Assembly: GCA_963828165.1 (NCBI GenBank)
Contig: CAWHDR010000001.1
Span: 480,001-544,000, forward strand
Source: an uncultured Chloroflexia bacterium
GTDB taxonomy: Bacteria > Chloroflexota > Limnocylindria > Limnocylindrales > CSP1-4
Reading direction: 5' to 3'
DNA: 64,000 nt
Positions 47,148-57,327 of the stretch are shown piece after piece (position 1 is the stretch's first letter; each line of letters begins with the position of its first letter). A model generated the notes under the pieces. It did no database searches. It was not told where the DNA came from and saw nothing but the letters and a program-made list of their open reading frames with translations. The position numbers and the translations under genes were made by a program.

Positions 47148-50100
47148 GTGAGTTTGCTGGGGACGTCTGTCGTTGTGTCTGACAACCCACGGCTGCGCCG
47201 TGGCTGGAGACGGGCTCCCGTCGTGCGCCGCGCGATCGCGCTGTTGCTGCCAGCCCTGCTCGTCGCTCAGCTGCTGCCGCAGTTCGCTCCAGTCGCCCTG
47301 GCCGCGGACGTGGTCGGTGTCGCGCTCAACAACGGCGTCACCGGCTCGGGATACACCGGGTTCAACGGCAATGCGACCAACCCGAACGCGCAGGACCTTA
47401 CGGCCCTGGGCGCCACCGACTGGCGGATCTGGGGCACGAGCGCAGGCGAACCGCTCCTGGCCGGCAGCGCCCGCAAGAGCGGTGGATCCGGGATCAGCTC
47501 CCTCTCCGACATCCAGCAGATCCCGAACATCCCGCTCCGTGCGCTGGGCCCGCTCGGTCTGTCGGTCGGCAACGGTTCGTCGACCTTGCCGTTCTCGTTT
47601 GCCTGGTCCGACGGCGCGTCCCCCGTCAGCGCCACCGCGACGAAGGGCGGGCTTCAGCACAACGCCCCGGCTGGCGGCTCCGTCGGCTACGGCTTCGGGC
47701 TCAGTGTGCCTGCATCCACGACGTCGCAGCGCCTTACCTTGTGGGTCTCCGCCCATCATGGCACCGGAAAGCTGACCGCCAACATCGGCAGCACCGTCCA
47801 GACGAACACGGGCGTGACCGGCGGCCAGAACCACGGCGGCGTCTACACGATCGACTTCTCCGGAGATGGCGTCGAGGAGGTCCTCGAGGTCGCGTACGTC
47901 CTGGACTCGCTGAGCCCGTCGCCCGACGAGGTCGGCCTCCCCTCGACCGAGGCAAACGTCGTCGTATACGCGGCGGCGCTGTCCCCGACGCCCGGGGCGA
48001 CTGTCCAGGCGCCTGTCCTCTATCAAGCGATTCCGGGAGGCACGCAACCAGGCGCTGATCAGCGGCCGCCTCACCGGCAGTCCCACGACGACGTATGAGG
48101 TGACCGTCAAGACAGCCGCGTCGTGCGTTGCCGGCGTGCTCGGCGCGGGCGGCTCCACCCTCGCAGTGGGCGGCTCGCCCTCGTTCTCTGTCACCACCAA
48201 TGCGAGCGGTCAGGCCGACTTCAGCTCGCTTGCGCCAAATGGTTCGGCTCTCGCCGCGTACGTGACCGCGGAAGTGACCGGCCCAGGCTCGATCACCAGC
48301 GCACCTTCCTCGTGCATCGTCGCTGGGGAAGATAACGACACGTGGCCGCGCGCCCGGGCGATCTCTTTGGTCGAGGGGGGCGGATCGGCGGCCGGCCATA
48401 TCGACGACGCTGGGCGGGCGCGCTGGTTCAAGGTTGCGATCCAGCCGGGCCAACGCCTGAACCTGACGTTGTCGGGCCTCCCGGCCGACTTCGACATGTT
48501 CGTGTTCCGGGACATCGCGAAGACCTATGCCTCCCTCACGAGTACGACGGATCTCACGCGTCTCAGCGCGGAATTCGCCCCCTCGGCGTTTTCCCCGTCG
48601 GCGTTCTCGCCCTCAGCGTTCTCTCCCTCAGCGTTCTCGCCCTCAGCGTTCTCCCCTTCGGCCTTCTCCCCTTCGGCCTTCTCGCCATCCGTTTTCTCAC
48701 CGTCCGCGTTCAGTCCGTCCGCGTTCTCGCCGTCGGCCTTCAGCCCGTCGGCGTTCTCGCCCTCGGCGTTCAGCCCGTCGGCGTTCAGCCCTCGGCGTTC
48801 AGCCCGTCGGCGTTCAGCCCGTCGGCGTTCAGCCCGTCGGCGTTCAGCGCGGACACCTATGCGAGCGCGCAGATCCGAAGCCTCATCACGGGCTCCGGAA
48901 ACGCCGGACTGACCAGCGAAAGCATCGTGGTCGACACGTGGAATAACACCGGCGACTTCTACATCCGAGTCAACGGCAAGAACGGCGCCTCGAGCCTCGC
49001 GCCCTTCACGCTCGGCATCACCGTCGTCGGCAGCGACTGTGATGGAGTACTACCCGTGGCCGCCGACAGCTTCGTTGCCCCGGCGGGCAGCTATGAGACC
49101 CTGATCTTGAGCGATCTGTCCCGCATGGACGAGGCCGTCACCGGCAACGCGGTGGCGGACAAGACGGCCCTCGCCGCCGACCTCGAGACCTTCGCGGCTC
49201 TGCCAGAGATCCGCGGTGACGTCGTCGACGTCAGCAGCCGGCCACGAATCGTGGCGCTCAACACCCAGGCCGACGACGCGACGACCTGCATGTACGCCAA
49301 GAACCTCGTCGCCTCGTCGATCCGTGATCTGGTGACGGCGTACCGCGCCACGAATCCCGGCTTGAAGTACGTCGTGATCGTCGGTGCCGACGACGCCATC
49401 CCATTCTTCCGATACCCCGACCAGGCACTGCTCGGCCCCGAAGCGGAGTTCGCCGCGCCCGTGAACAGTGGTACGGCCTCCGACGCGAGTCTGCGCGCGA
49501 ATTACGTGCTCGGGCAGGACGCCTACGGCGCATCGATCGACCTGTCGGTCCGGGCCTCCACGTTCCCGATCCCGGACCTCCCGGTCGGGCGCCTCGTCGA
49601 AACAGCCGCCGAAGCGTCACGCATGATCGATGCGTATGGCTCGACGAACCGCGGGACGGTCGACACTCCGACGTCTGCCCTTGTCACGGGTTACGACTTC
49701 CTCGATGACGCCGCCCGCGAAGTCAGCGACGAACTCGATGCGGGTATGGGCACGGCCGGGACGGTCAACGAAGTGATCTCGAGCAGCGATGTGGCGCCAC
49801 TGGCCCTCTGCGGTCTTCCGTCCGCGGCGCCGCTCAGCCTCCCTGATTGCTCCTGGGATGCGAACGCCCTGCGTACGGCGCTCCTTGGCTCGCCTCACGA
49901 CCTGGCATTCCTGGCCGGCCACTTCAGCGCCAACAGCGCCCTGGCGGCCGACTTCCGGACGAACCTGCTCACGACGGACCTCGCCGCCTCGCCGGTCGAC
50001 CTCCGGAGTTCCATCGTCTTCAGCGCGGGCTGCCACTCGGGGTACAACCTCGTCGATGGTGACGCGATCACCGGTGTCAGCCTGCCGCTCGATTGGGCGC

Positions 50101-52223
50101 AGGCCTTCGCCCAGAAGCGATCCATCCTGATCGCCGGGACCGGCTACCAGTACGGTGATACCGACTTCCTCGAGTACAGCGAACGGCTGTACCGCGACTT
50201 CGCGCGCGAGCTTCGCGCCGGGGCAGCCGGGACGGCGATCTCCGTCGGTGAGGCCCTCGTCCGGGCCAAGGTGACCTACCTCGCGACCACGCCGGACATC
50301 CGTGGCATCCACGAGAAGGCCATCCTCGAGGCGACCCTTTTCGGCCTCCCGATGTTCGGCGTGACGATGCCGGCCGGCCGTGGTGCGACACCGGGCACCG
50401 GTGGCCCACTCGCGACGACCGCGGTCACGACGGAGCCCGCGGCCTCGCTTGGACTCGCCACCCATGACCTGACCCTCACGCCGACGCTGACCCCGCAAAA
50501 TCGTCTGCTCAAGAACCCGCCCTACGACGCGACACCGGGGACCTTCACGGACGCCAAGTGGCTGTCCGGACCCAACGGCGTCGTCACCAACCCCGCCGAG
50601 CCGGCACTGCCGCTCGTCGCCCGGAACGTCACGGCCACAGACGACGACCTCGTCCTGCGCGGCGTCGGGTTCCGCGGCGGAACCTACGTGGACACGCCGG
50701 GGATCGTCCCGCTCACCGGAGCACCCACCACGGAGCTGCGTGGCGTGCACGCCCCGTTCGTCTCGCCCGTGTTCTACCCGATGCGCCTCTGGAGCCCGAA
50801 CTACTTCGGGGCACTGGGCGAGCACGGTGGCACGAACCTCCTCGTGACACCGGTCCAGCACAAGACGGACAACCCGCTCCTCGGGACGAGCATCCAGCGC
50901 AAGTACACCGGACTCGACCTGAAGCTGTACTACAGCGGCAATCTGACAGCGGCGGCCCTGTCCGACGCCCCGACCATCGTGGATGTCCAGACCGAAACCG
51001 TCTCGGGCAACGTCAACTTCACGGTCCAGGTCGTGGGCGATCCCAAGGCGGCCGTCCATGGCGTCTGGATCACCTTCACGGGCGGCACCGGCACCTGGGC
51101 GCCGCTCGACCTCACCCAGGACGCGACCGATTCTCGTCTCTGGACGGGCACGCTGCCATCGGCATCGGCGCCGGCGAACCTCAAGTTCGTCGTCCAGGCC
51201 GTCAACGGCTTCGGCCTCGTCTCGTTCGACGACAACCGTGGTGCCTACTACGCTGCTGCCGGCAGCGCCGGTGGGGCCGCGGAAACCTCCCTCGAGCTGA
51301 TCGCCCCGCCGACCAGTGGGACGTTCGGCCAGAGCCCGGCCATCACGGTCGAACTCAAGGCGGGCTCCACACTGCTCGCCAACAAGCCCGTCGTGATCGG
51401 CATCGGTGGTTCCGGCGCCGTCGGCGTGACCGGCTCCAACGGGCGCGCCACGGTCCGCGTGCCCCTCTCGACGTCACCTGGCACGACCCAGATCCAGGCC
51501 TCGTTCGGTGGTGACGCCACCCACGCAGCATCGAGCGATTCGGCCGAACCGTTCACGATCGCCAAGGCGACCGCGAGCCTGTCGCCGTTCAGCGCATTCG
51601 TGACGCAGACGCCGACCACGAACACGGGCGCCGTGACCACGCTCAGCGCGGCGCTGGGCGGCCCGACGCCCGTGCCACTCACCACCAGCCCGCTCATCCA
51701 GCGGACCGTGACCTTCACGCTGACCGGGCCGGTCACCAGGACCATCTCCACCATCACCGATTTCCTCGGCCAGGCGAAGCTGCCCAAGGGTCTGCCCGCG
51801 GGTACGTACAACGTCACGGCGACCTTCGATGGCGACAGCACGTTCACGAGTGCGACCCGCACGGGCTCCCTCATCATCGCCCCGTTCACCGGGTTCTTCT
51901 CCCCGGTCGACAGCCTGCCAACGCTCAATACCGTCAACGCGGGTTCCAGCATCCCGGTCAAGTTCAGCCTGGGCGGCAACCGCGGCCTGGCGATCTTCGC
52001 GACGGGCTACCCGCTGGCTTCGAAGATCACGTGCGACTCCGGCCTCCCCGTAGACGCGATCGAGGAGACGACGACATCAGCCAGCGGACTCGTCTACGAC
52101 GCGGCTACCAACCAGTACAAGTACACGTGGAAGACGCCAAAGACTTATGCGGGCGCCTGCTACCGGCTCGACCTCAAGATGATCGACGGCAGCGCCTTCA
52201 GCGCGAACTTCAAGTTCAAGTAG
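47148..52223 (+). CDS. Large secreted protein (~1,690 aa): PPC-like domain with SPSAF repeats, C25/gingipain-like peptidase, Ig-like and PxKF domains; interrupted by two frameshifts (~48047, ~48790)
   Basis: Joins ORFs 47148-48098, 48100-48912 and 48342-52223; signal peptide ..PVALA; YVVIVGADDAIPF, DLPVGRL, AGH, AGCH, LFGLP; C-terminal FTGFFSPVD..AGSSIPVKFSL; exact start uncertain. Confidence 0.8.
48577..48845 (+). repeat. 18 x 15-bp coding tandem repeat, (SPSAF)n
   Basis: 269 nt = 18x15 minus 1; unit 15 lacks one base. Confidence 0.95.
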
Positions 52224-52282
52224 TCCCGGTCGACCCGCTGGGCGCCGCGTGCGCCCAGCCGGGAACATCGGGAACCGGCATG

Positions 52283-52309
52283 GGGAACCGGCAGGGGCCG
52301 GGCGGTGTA
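52283..52309 (+). promoter_or_regulatory. ECF promoter GGGAACC-N14-GGTGTA (probably autoregulatory)
   Basis: Same boxes and spacing as at 53735-53761. Confidence 0.7.
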
Positions 52310-52328
52310 GTCAGTGCGGATCCGATAC

Positions 52329-52893
52329 GTGGAGGGCCGTCCACATCGAAGACGCCGACCTGATCACGCGCGCCCGGACCGGTGACGTCGCAGCGTACGA
52401 AGAGATCGTTCGCCGCTACCAGGACGTCGCCATCCGGACCGCGCACCTCGTGTGCCCGGAGACCGATGCCGACGATGCCGTCCAGGACGCCTTTCTCAAG
52501 GCCTACGACGCGCTGCCCCGCTTTCGCGATGGCGCCCCGCTGCGCCCATGGCTGCTGCGGATCGTCACCAACGAAGCGCGCAACCGGAGGCGATCGGCGG
52601 GGCGACGACAGGGGCTCGCGCTGCGCGCGGCGGCGAGGGAGCCGCGCGACGCCGCGGTCCCGGGGCCCGAGGCGACGGTGATCGCTGCCGAAGCGAGCGC
52701 CGAGCTCATGGCCGCCCTGAACACCCTGCGTGACGACGATCGAGAGGTCTTGGGGGCTCGCTTCCTCCTGGACCTTTCGGAAGCCGAGACCTCCGAAGCG
52801 CTCGGGCTCCCACGTGGGACCGTGAAATCACGGACCTCGCGCGCGCTCATGCGCTTGCGCGACGTCCTCACCGCCGCGGAGGTGTCGCGATGA
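52329..52893 (+). CDS. ECF sigma factor (apparent 1-nt frameshift near the start)
   Basis: AYEEIVRRYQ, DAVQDAFLKAY, PWLLRIVTNEARN, LPRGTVKSR; the plausible GTG start (VEGRP) is one base out of frame with IEDADL. Confidence 0.85.
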
Positions 52894-53732
52894 GCGATCA
52901 GCTCACACGGCTCGCCGCCCGTGACGACGCCGGTCTCGAGGCGATGCTGCGAGGCACGGCGGCGTCCATCGCCTGGCCGACCGCCAGCCCGCCTGGTGCA
53001 CCGGACGTCGCCACGCGCGTTCGCGTCCGACTCGCGGCTGCTCCTCGGCCCACGGCCCGCCGTCCGTGGGCGGCGTGGCGGCCGGTCCGGCGCGGCTTGG
53101 TGCTCGCGCTCATCGCCCTGCTCGCGCTGGCCGCGATCGCCGGGGCAATCGGGCTCGGATTGCCGGGGCTGCAGCTGATCCTTGGCGAGCCGCCGGCCAG
53201 CCTGCCGCCCTCCGTGGCACCCAGCCGGACCCCTCCCCCGGGCGCGCTGGGGTCATCGCTTGGCCTCGGCGACAACGTGACGCTCGAACAGGCCGAGGCC
53301 ATCACCGGGATCGTGGCGCAGCTCCCTGGCGATCCGGCCATCGGCCCACCCGACGAGGCGTATGTCGATCGAACGCGCGGGAACCAGGTCGCCTTCGTCT
53401 GGGCGGCGAGCGAGACGCTGCCCGAGACCCGTGAGCCGGGCATCGGGCTGATCGTGATGCGGTTCGAGGGCAAGCTCGACGACGGGTATCGGCAGAAGCT
53501 CATCGGGAACGGCGTGACCGTCGAGCGCGTGACCGTCGACGGTCAGCGTGGCTTCTGGGTCTCCGGCGAAGCGCATTTCTTCTTCTACGTCCACGAGGGC
53601 CGTGGACACATCGACGACGGTCGTCGATGGGTGGGTGACGCCCTCGCATGGACGGACGGCGACACGACGTACCGGGTCGAGAGCGCTCTGGGAAAGGACG
53701 CGACGATCACCCTGGCCGAGTCGCTGGAGTAA
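52890..53732 (+). CDS. Probable anti-sigma factor (one TM helix + extracytoplasmic domain)
   Basis: ATGA overlap with the sigma gene; TM helix; VTVDGQRGFWV..LAWTDGDTTYRV..LAESL. Confidence 0.75.
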   Translation: MSDQLTRLAARDDAGLEAMLRGTAASIAWPTASPPGAPDVATRVRVRLAAAPRPTARRPWAAWRPVRRGLVLALIALLALAAIAGAIGLGLPGLQLILGEPPASLPPSVAPSRTPPPGALGSSLGLGDNVTLEQAEAITGIVAQLPGDPAIGPPDEAYVDRTRGNQVAFVWAASETLPETREPGIGLIVMRFEGKLDDGYRQKLIGNGVTVERVTVDGQRGFWVSGEAHFFFYVHEGRGHIDDGRRWVGDALAWTDGDTTYRVESALGKDATITLAESLE

Positions 53733-53734
53733 CC

Positions 53735-53761
53735 GGGAACCGCGGAGCCGTGGACGGTGTA
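53735..53761 (+). promoter_or_regulatory. ECF promoter GGGAACC-N14-GGTGTA
   Basis: Second copy of the motif, ~50 nt before the lipoprotein start. Confidence 0.7.
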
Positions 53762-53809
53762 ATCGGGATGCGTGGGCAGTACCGCCCGCGCAACGAGAGG
53801 AAGGCACCG

Positions 53810-55168
53810 ATGTCACCCAGCCGGTCGAATCGACAGCTTCTGGCCATCGCGATCGCCGTGCTCGTCGCCGCGTGCTCCGGGTCGACGCCCGGGAGCGCGC
53901 CAACCACGGCGCCCGCCTCGCCCGCGCCGCCAGCGGCCTCACCCTTCCCGTCAGCCAGGCAGCCGGCCGCGTCGCAGCCGACCATCGCTTCCGGTGGCCG
54001 AGACGCCTGGCTGGTGGTCGGACGGCCGAGCGAATCGGACCTGCGCGTGACCCTGGCAAGCACCGGGGAGGAACTCATCAAGCTGCCGCTCGGCGTGCCA
54101 GACGCAACGTGGGGCCATCTCGTCACGGTCACCCCGAAACGCCCGAACAGCCTCATCGAGGATCTCGTCGTCCAGCCCGGATTCGGTGGACCGGTGCGGT
54201 CGGTCGAGGGAGCGTGGCAGCTGCCGACCGTCGGCCTCGATCCGATGCCGGCCGGCGTGTCGGCCGACGGCTCTACCGTCGTGCTCGTCGAAGACCTCCC
54301 GGACGGCGCCGCCGCGCGATCTGTCAGCCGGTTCGCGATCGTCGAGCGCTCCCTGCGATCGGAGCCACGGATCGTGGAGCTGCCGGGCCGCTTCGACTTC
54401 GACACGCTGTCCCCGGATGGCTCGATCCTGTACGTCGCGGAGCATGTGCCTGGTCCGCTTGCCGGCCGCTACCAGGTCCGCGCCGTGGACACCGCGACCG
54501 GGAAGATGCGCGACGCGATCATCGTCGACAAGCGCAACGTCGACGAGGTGATGGCCGGCTGGCCGGTCGACCAGGAAGCTCGGGCGGACGGCGTCGTCCT
54601 CACGCTCTACCGCGGCGCCGAGCATCCCTTCGTCCATGCCCTCCAGTCCGTCGAAGCATGGGCGGTCTGCATCGATCTTCCGTCCCGTGGCATGGAAAAC
54701 GCTGGAGCTGCGGCCGACTGGGGCGTCGTCGCGACGCCGGGCGGGCGTTCGAGCCTCGCCGTGAACGCGACCCTGGGAATCATCGTGGACATCGGACCGG
54801 ATCTGACCATCCGCCGGACCGTGGACTTCGAGCCGTCCGCGCGGCGGGGGATCACGCTCGCGAAGTTCGGCCACATCGAGGCCGGATCGGTCGGTCGGCG
54901 GGTGGTGGCCGCCCCGGATGGCACGGCGGTGTTCGCCGCGGGCGCCCGCGGGGTCGTTCGCATCGCCACGGCCGACCTGGCGGTCACGAACCGCTCGCTC
55001 GAGGGCCTCGCGGTCGACGCGATCGCGGTCACACCGGACGGTTCGACGGTCTACGCGCTCGTCCGCGAGGGCGGCCGGATCGCCCAGATCGACGCGGACA
55101 CGGGCAAGGTGCTCGGCTGGGCCGCCCGCGAGGGCTACGACCGCATGGTCGGAGTCGTGCCCTGGTGA
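53810..55168 (+). CDS. Lipoprotein with probable beta-propeller
   Basis: GAGGAAGG RBS, lipobox LVAAC, repeated SADGS/SPDGS/APDGT/TPDGS blade motifs. Confidence 0.82.
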   Translation: MSPSRSNRQLLAIAIAVLVAACSGSTPGSAPTTAPASPAPPAASPFPSARQPAASQPTIASGGRDAWLVVGRPSESDLRVTLASTGEELIKLPLGVPDATWGHLVTVTPKRPNSLIEDLVVQPGFGGPVRSVEGAWQLPTVGLDPMPAGVSADGSTVVLVEDLPDGAAARSVSRFAIVERSLRSEPRIVELPGRFDFDTLSPDGSILYVAEHVPGPLAGRYQVRAVDTATGKMRDAIIVDKRNVDEVMAGWPVDQEARADGVVLTLYRGAEHPFVHALQSVEAWAVCIDLPSRGMENAGAAADWGVVATPGGRSSLAVNATLGIIVDIGPDLTIRRTVDFEPSARRGITLAKFGHIEAGSVGRRVVAAPDGTAVFAAGARGVVRIATADLAVTNRSLEGLAVDAIAVTPDGSTVYALVREGGRIAQIDADTGKVLGWAAREGYDRMVGVVPW

Positions 55169-55247
55169 CGTAACAGGCTGCGAGCCGAATCTCAGCCGGC
55201 TCTCATCAGCGCCCGCCACGCTACCCTCCGACACGCGACCCTTCGGA

Positions 55248-55372
55248 GTCGCGGGCAGTCTGACCTCCCGCTCGCCGATTTCGAGATCACGGCGCCCAAT
55301 GTCGGTGGGTTCATCATCTCGATCGCCGACGAGGGCGCCCTGGAATTCCTGGTGATATTCGCGAAGGCTTGA
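55248..55372 (+). pseudogene. Remnant of a YceI-like protein C-terminus
   Basis: VAGSLT [frameshift] PLADFEITAPNVGGFIISIADEGALEFLVIFAKA*; no start codon. Confidence 0.5.
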
Positions 55373-55384
55373 GCGCGGAGCGGG

Positions 55385-56164
55385 CTACTTCGTGTAGACG
55401 CCCTCGGGATCGAGCTCCTCGCGGACCAGCCGCAGCTCTTCGGCGGTCGGTGGTGGCGTGGTGGCGAGGTTTGGCGCGACGTTGATCTCCCAGCCGATGG
55501 TCTCGCGCACTGCTTCGAGCGTCGCGCCCTCGTGCAGCGAGTCGAGGCGCATCTCGCCGGCCTCGTCGAAATGGTAGATGCCGAGGTCCGTGACCACGAA
55601 GGTCGGGCCACGACCCTTCCAGCCGCCCTCGCGCCGGATGCGTTCGGCTTGTTCGGCGCCGCCGAGGTTGCCGGGGCTCGTCCGGAAGTCGATGTCCTCG
55701 ACGAAGCTGCGCCGGCTCTGGCGCATGATCACGAACACCTCCCGGGCGTTGATCGCGATCTCGCACGCACCGCCGGAGCCGGGCAAGCGCGTCTGGGGCG
55801 CGTCATACGGGCCGATGACCGTCGTGTTGATGTTGCCGAAGCGATCGATCTGGGCCGCGCCCAGGAACCCCACGTCGATCAGCCCACCCTGCAGGTAGTA
55901 GCCGAACAGCTCGAGCATGCTGACGACGGCGGTGGAGCCCGTGACGATCGTCGGATCGCCGATCGACAGTGGCAGCCGCGACGGCCGTGCCCCGAACACC
56001 CCCGCCTCGTAGACCATCTCGAGCTCCGGCGCGACGGTCCGCTGGGCGAGGTTGACCGCGATGTTGGGCAATCCGACGCCGACGAAGCAGACGCCCTGGC
56101 CTTCAAGGGCACGCGCAGCGGCCACGATCATCATCTCTGACTTGGAGAACGTCGCCGCCGTCAC
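55385..56164 (-). CDS. CoA-transferase subunit B (glutaconate/3-oxoadipate type)
   Basis: FVGVGLP, YEAG, GAAQIDRFGNIN, LPGSGGA. Confidence 0.92.
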   Translation of the reverse strand: MTAATFSKSEMMIVAAARALEGQGVCFVGVGLPNIAVNLAQRTVAPELEMVYEAGVFGARPSRLPLSIGDPTIVTGSTAVVSMLELFGYYLQGGLIDVGFLGAAQIDRFGNINTTVIGPYDAPQTRLPGSGGACEIAINAREVFVIMRQSRRSFVEDIDFRTSPGNLGGAEQAERIRREGGWKGRGPTFVVTDLGIYHFDEAGEMRLDSLHEGATLEAVRETIGWEINVAPNLATTPPPTAEELRLVREELDPEGVYTK

Positions 56165-56190
56165 GGGATCGTCTCCGTCGGGGGCGCCGC

Positions 56191-56338
56191 GTGTACCCGA
56201 CGGGCGTATCGGCGAACGAGACCGGGCCCGTCGTCCAGATGTGCGCCATCTGCACCCAACAGCGGACGCGCGCCGGGAATCGACCCCGAATTCGGTCTCG
56301 AGCCGGCCCTCGATCGCTGATAGGGGCACCACATGCAC
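56191..56338. repeat. 148-bp palindromic intergenic element (copy 2)
   Basis: TIRs GTGTAC-N10-TATCGGCGAACG / CGATCGCTGATA-N10-ATGCAC; lies between the CoA-transferase subunit genes. Confidence 0.65.
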
Positions 56339-56358
56339 GGATCCAGTGCGGCTGGCGG

Positions 56359-57285
56359 TCACCGGTAGGCTCCGTAGTCGACCGCGCCGGACGGCGCGGG
56401 GCCGGGTTTCAGGCTCGCGAGCCGGTCCGCCCCGAGCTTGTCGAGGTACGCGGCCCGCCCGTCCAGGTCGTACACCCAGTCGCGCAACCAGGCCTGGACC
56501 GTGGCCTCGTCCCGCGTGATCGGGTCCCAGTCGAGATAGAAGCGGTTATCGCGGTCGTAGGCGCCCTGCACGTACGACGGATGCGCGCCCCACGGCTCGA
56601 CCACGACGGCATCCACGATCAGGCCCGGGATGATCGTCCGGTTCGGATCGGCGCGGATCACCGCTTCATCCACGAGCTCCTCGACGACGATGATCACCCG
56701 GTCTGCGGCGAACGCCGCTTCCTTCTGGCAGCCCAGCAGGCCCCAGACCTGGGTGTCGCCCCGAGCCGAAGCCCGCTGCGCATGGACGATCGCCACATCC
56801 GGCTTCAGCGGCGGGACGGCAAAGATGCGTTCCTCGCCGTAGGGCGAATCGATCGGCCGGATGAGCGGATTGGCGACGGGCAGGTCGGTCTCGAAGTAGC
56901 TGCGAAGTGGGAAGAACGGCAGGTTCATGGCGCCAGCCGTGTAGCGCCCGACCATCCCGAAGTGGCTGTACTCCTCGATCTCGAGGAACTCGCCAGGGAG
57001 CTCCCCTTCGATCCGCCGGCGGATGGCACCCAGCCCCCCGACGCCCGGGTTGCCGAGCCACGAGAACACGAGCTTGGACGCGACGCCGCCCGCGATCATC
57101 TGGTCGTAGATGAGGTCTGGTGTCAGTCGCGCCAGCGTGAGATCACGCTTGCGCTGGCGGATGATCTCGTGGCCCGCCGCGAACGAGATCAGGTGCGTGA
57201 AGCCCTCGATGGCGACGGTGTCGCCGTCGCGCACGAGATCGGCGATCGCGTCGCGCATGGACGCGATCTTGGAAGTGCCAGTCAC
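56359..57285 (-). CDS. CoA-transferase subunit A
   Basis: VRDGDTVAIEGFTH, HEIIRQ, PDVAIVHAQRA, GAHPS..YDRD. Confidence 0.92.
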   Translation of the reverse strand: MTGTSKIASMRDAIADLVRDGDTVAIEGFTHLISFAAGHEIIRQRKRDLTLARLTPDLIYDQMIAGGVASKLVFSWLGNPGVGGLGAIRRRIEGELPGEFLEIEEYSHFGMVGRYTAGAMNLPFFPLRSYFETDLPVANPLIRPIDSPYGEERIFAVPPLKPDVAIVHAQRASARGDTQVWGLLGCQKEAAFAADRVIIVVEELVDEAVIRADPNRTIIPGLIVDAVVVEPWGAHPSYVQGAYDRDNRFYLDWDPITRDEATVQAWLRDWVYDLDGRAAYLDKLGADRLASLKPGPAPSGAVDYGAYR

Positions 57286-57327
57286 CGGGCAAGTATCACC
57301 GACGGCGAGTGATGGATCAGCGGTGGA

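Noticed and set aside
48577-48845. Possible CRISPR array or non-coding satellite
   Set aside because: No spacers; the variation is synonymous in one reading frame, so it is a coding repeat
52249-52328. ORF-track N-terminus of the ECF sigma factor
   Set aside because: Overlaps the predicted promoter and is not sigma-like; a GTG start at 52329 with a 1-nt indel fits better
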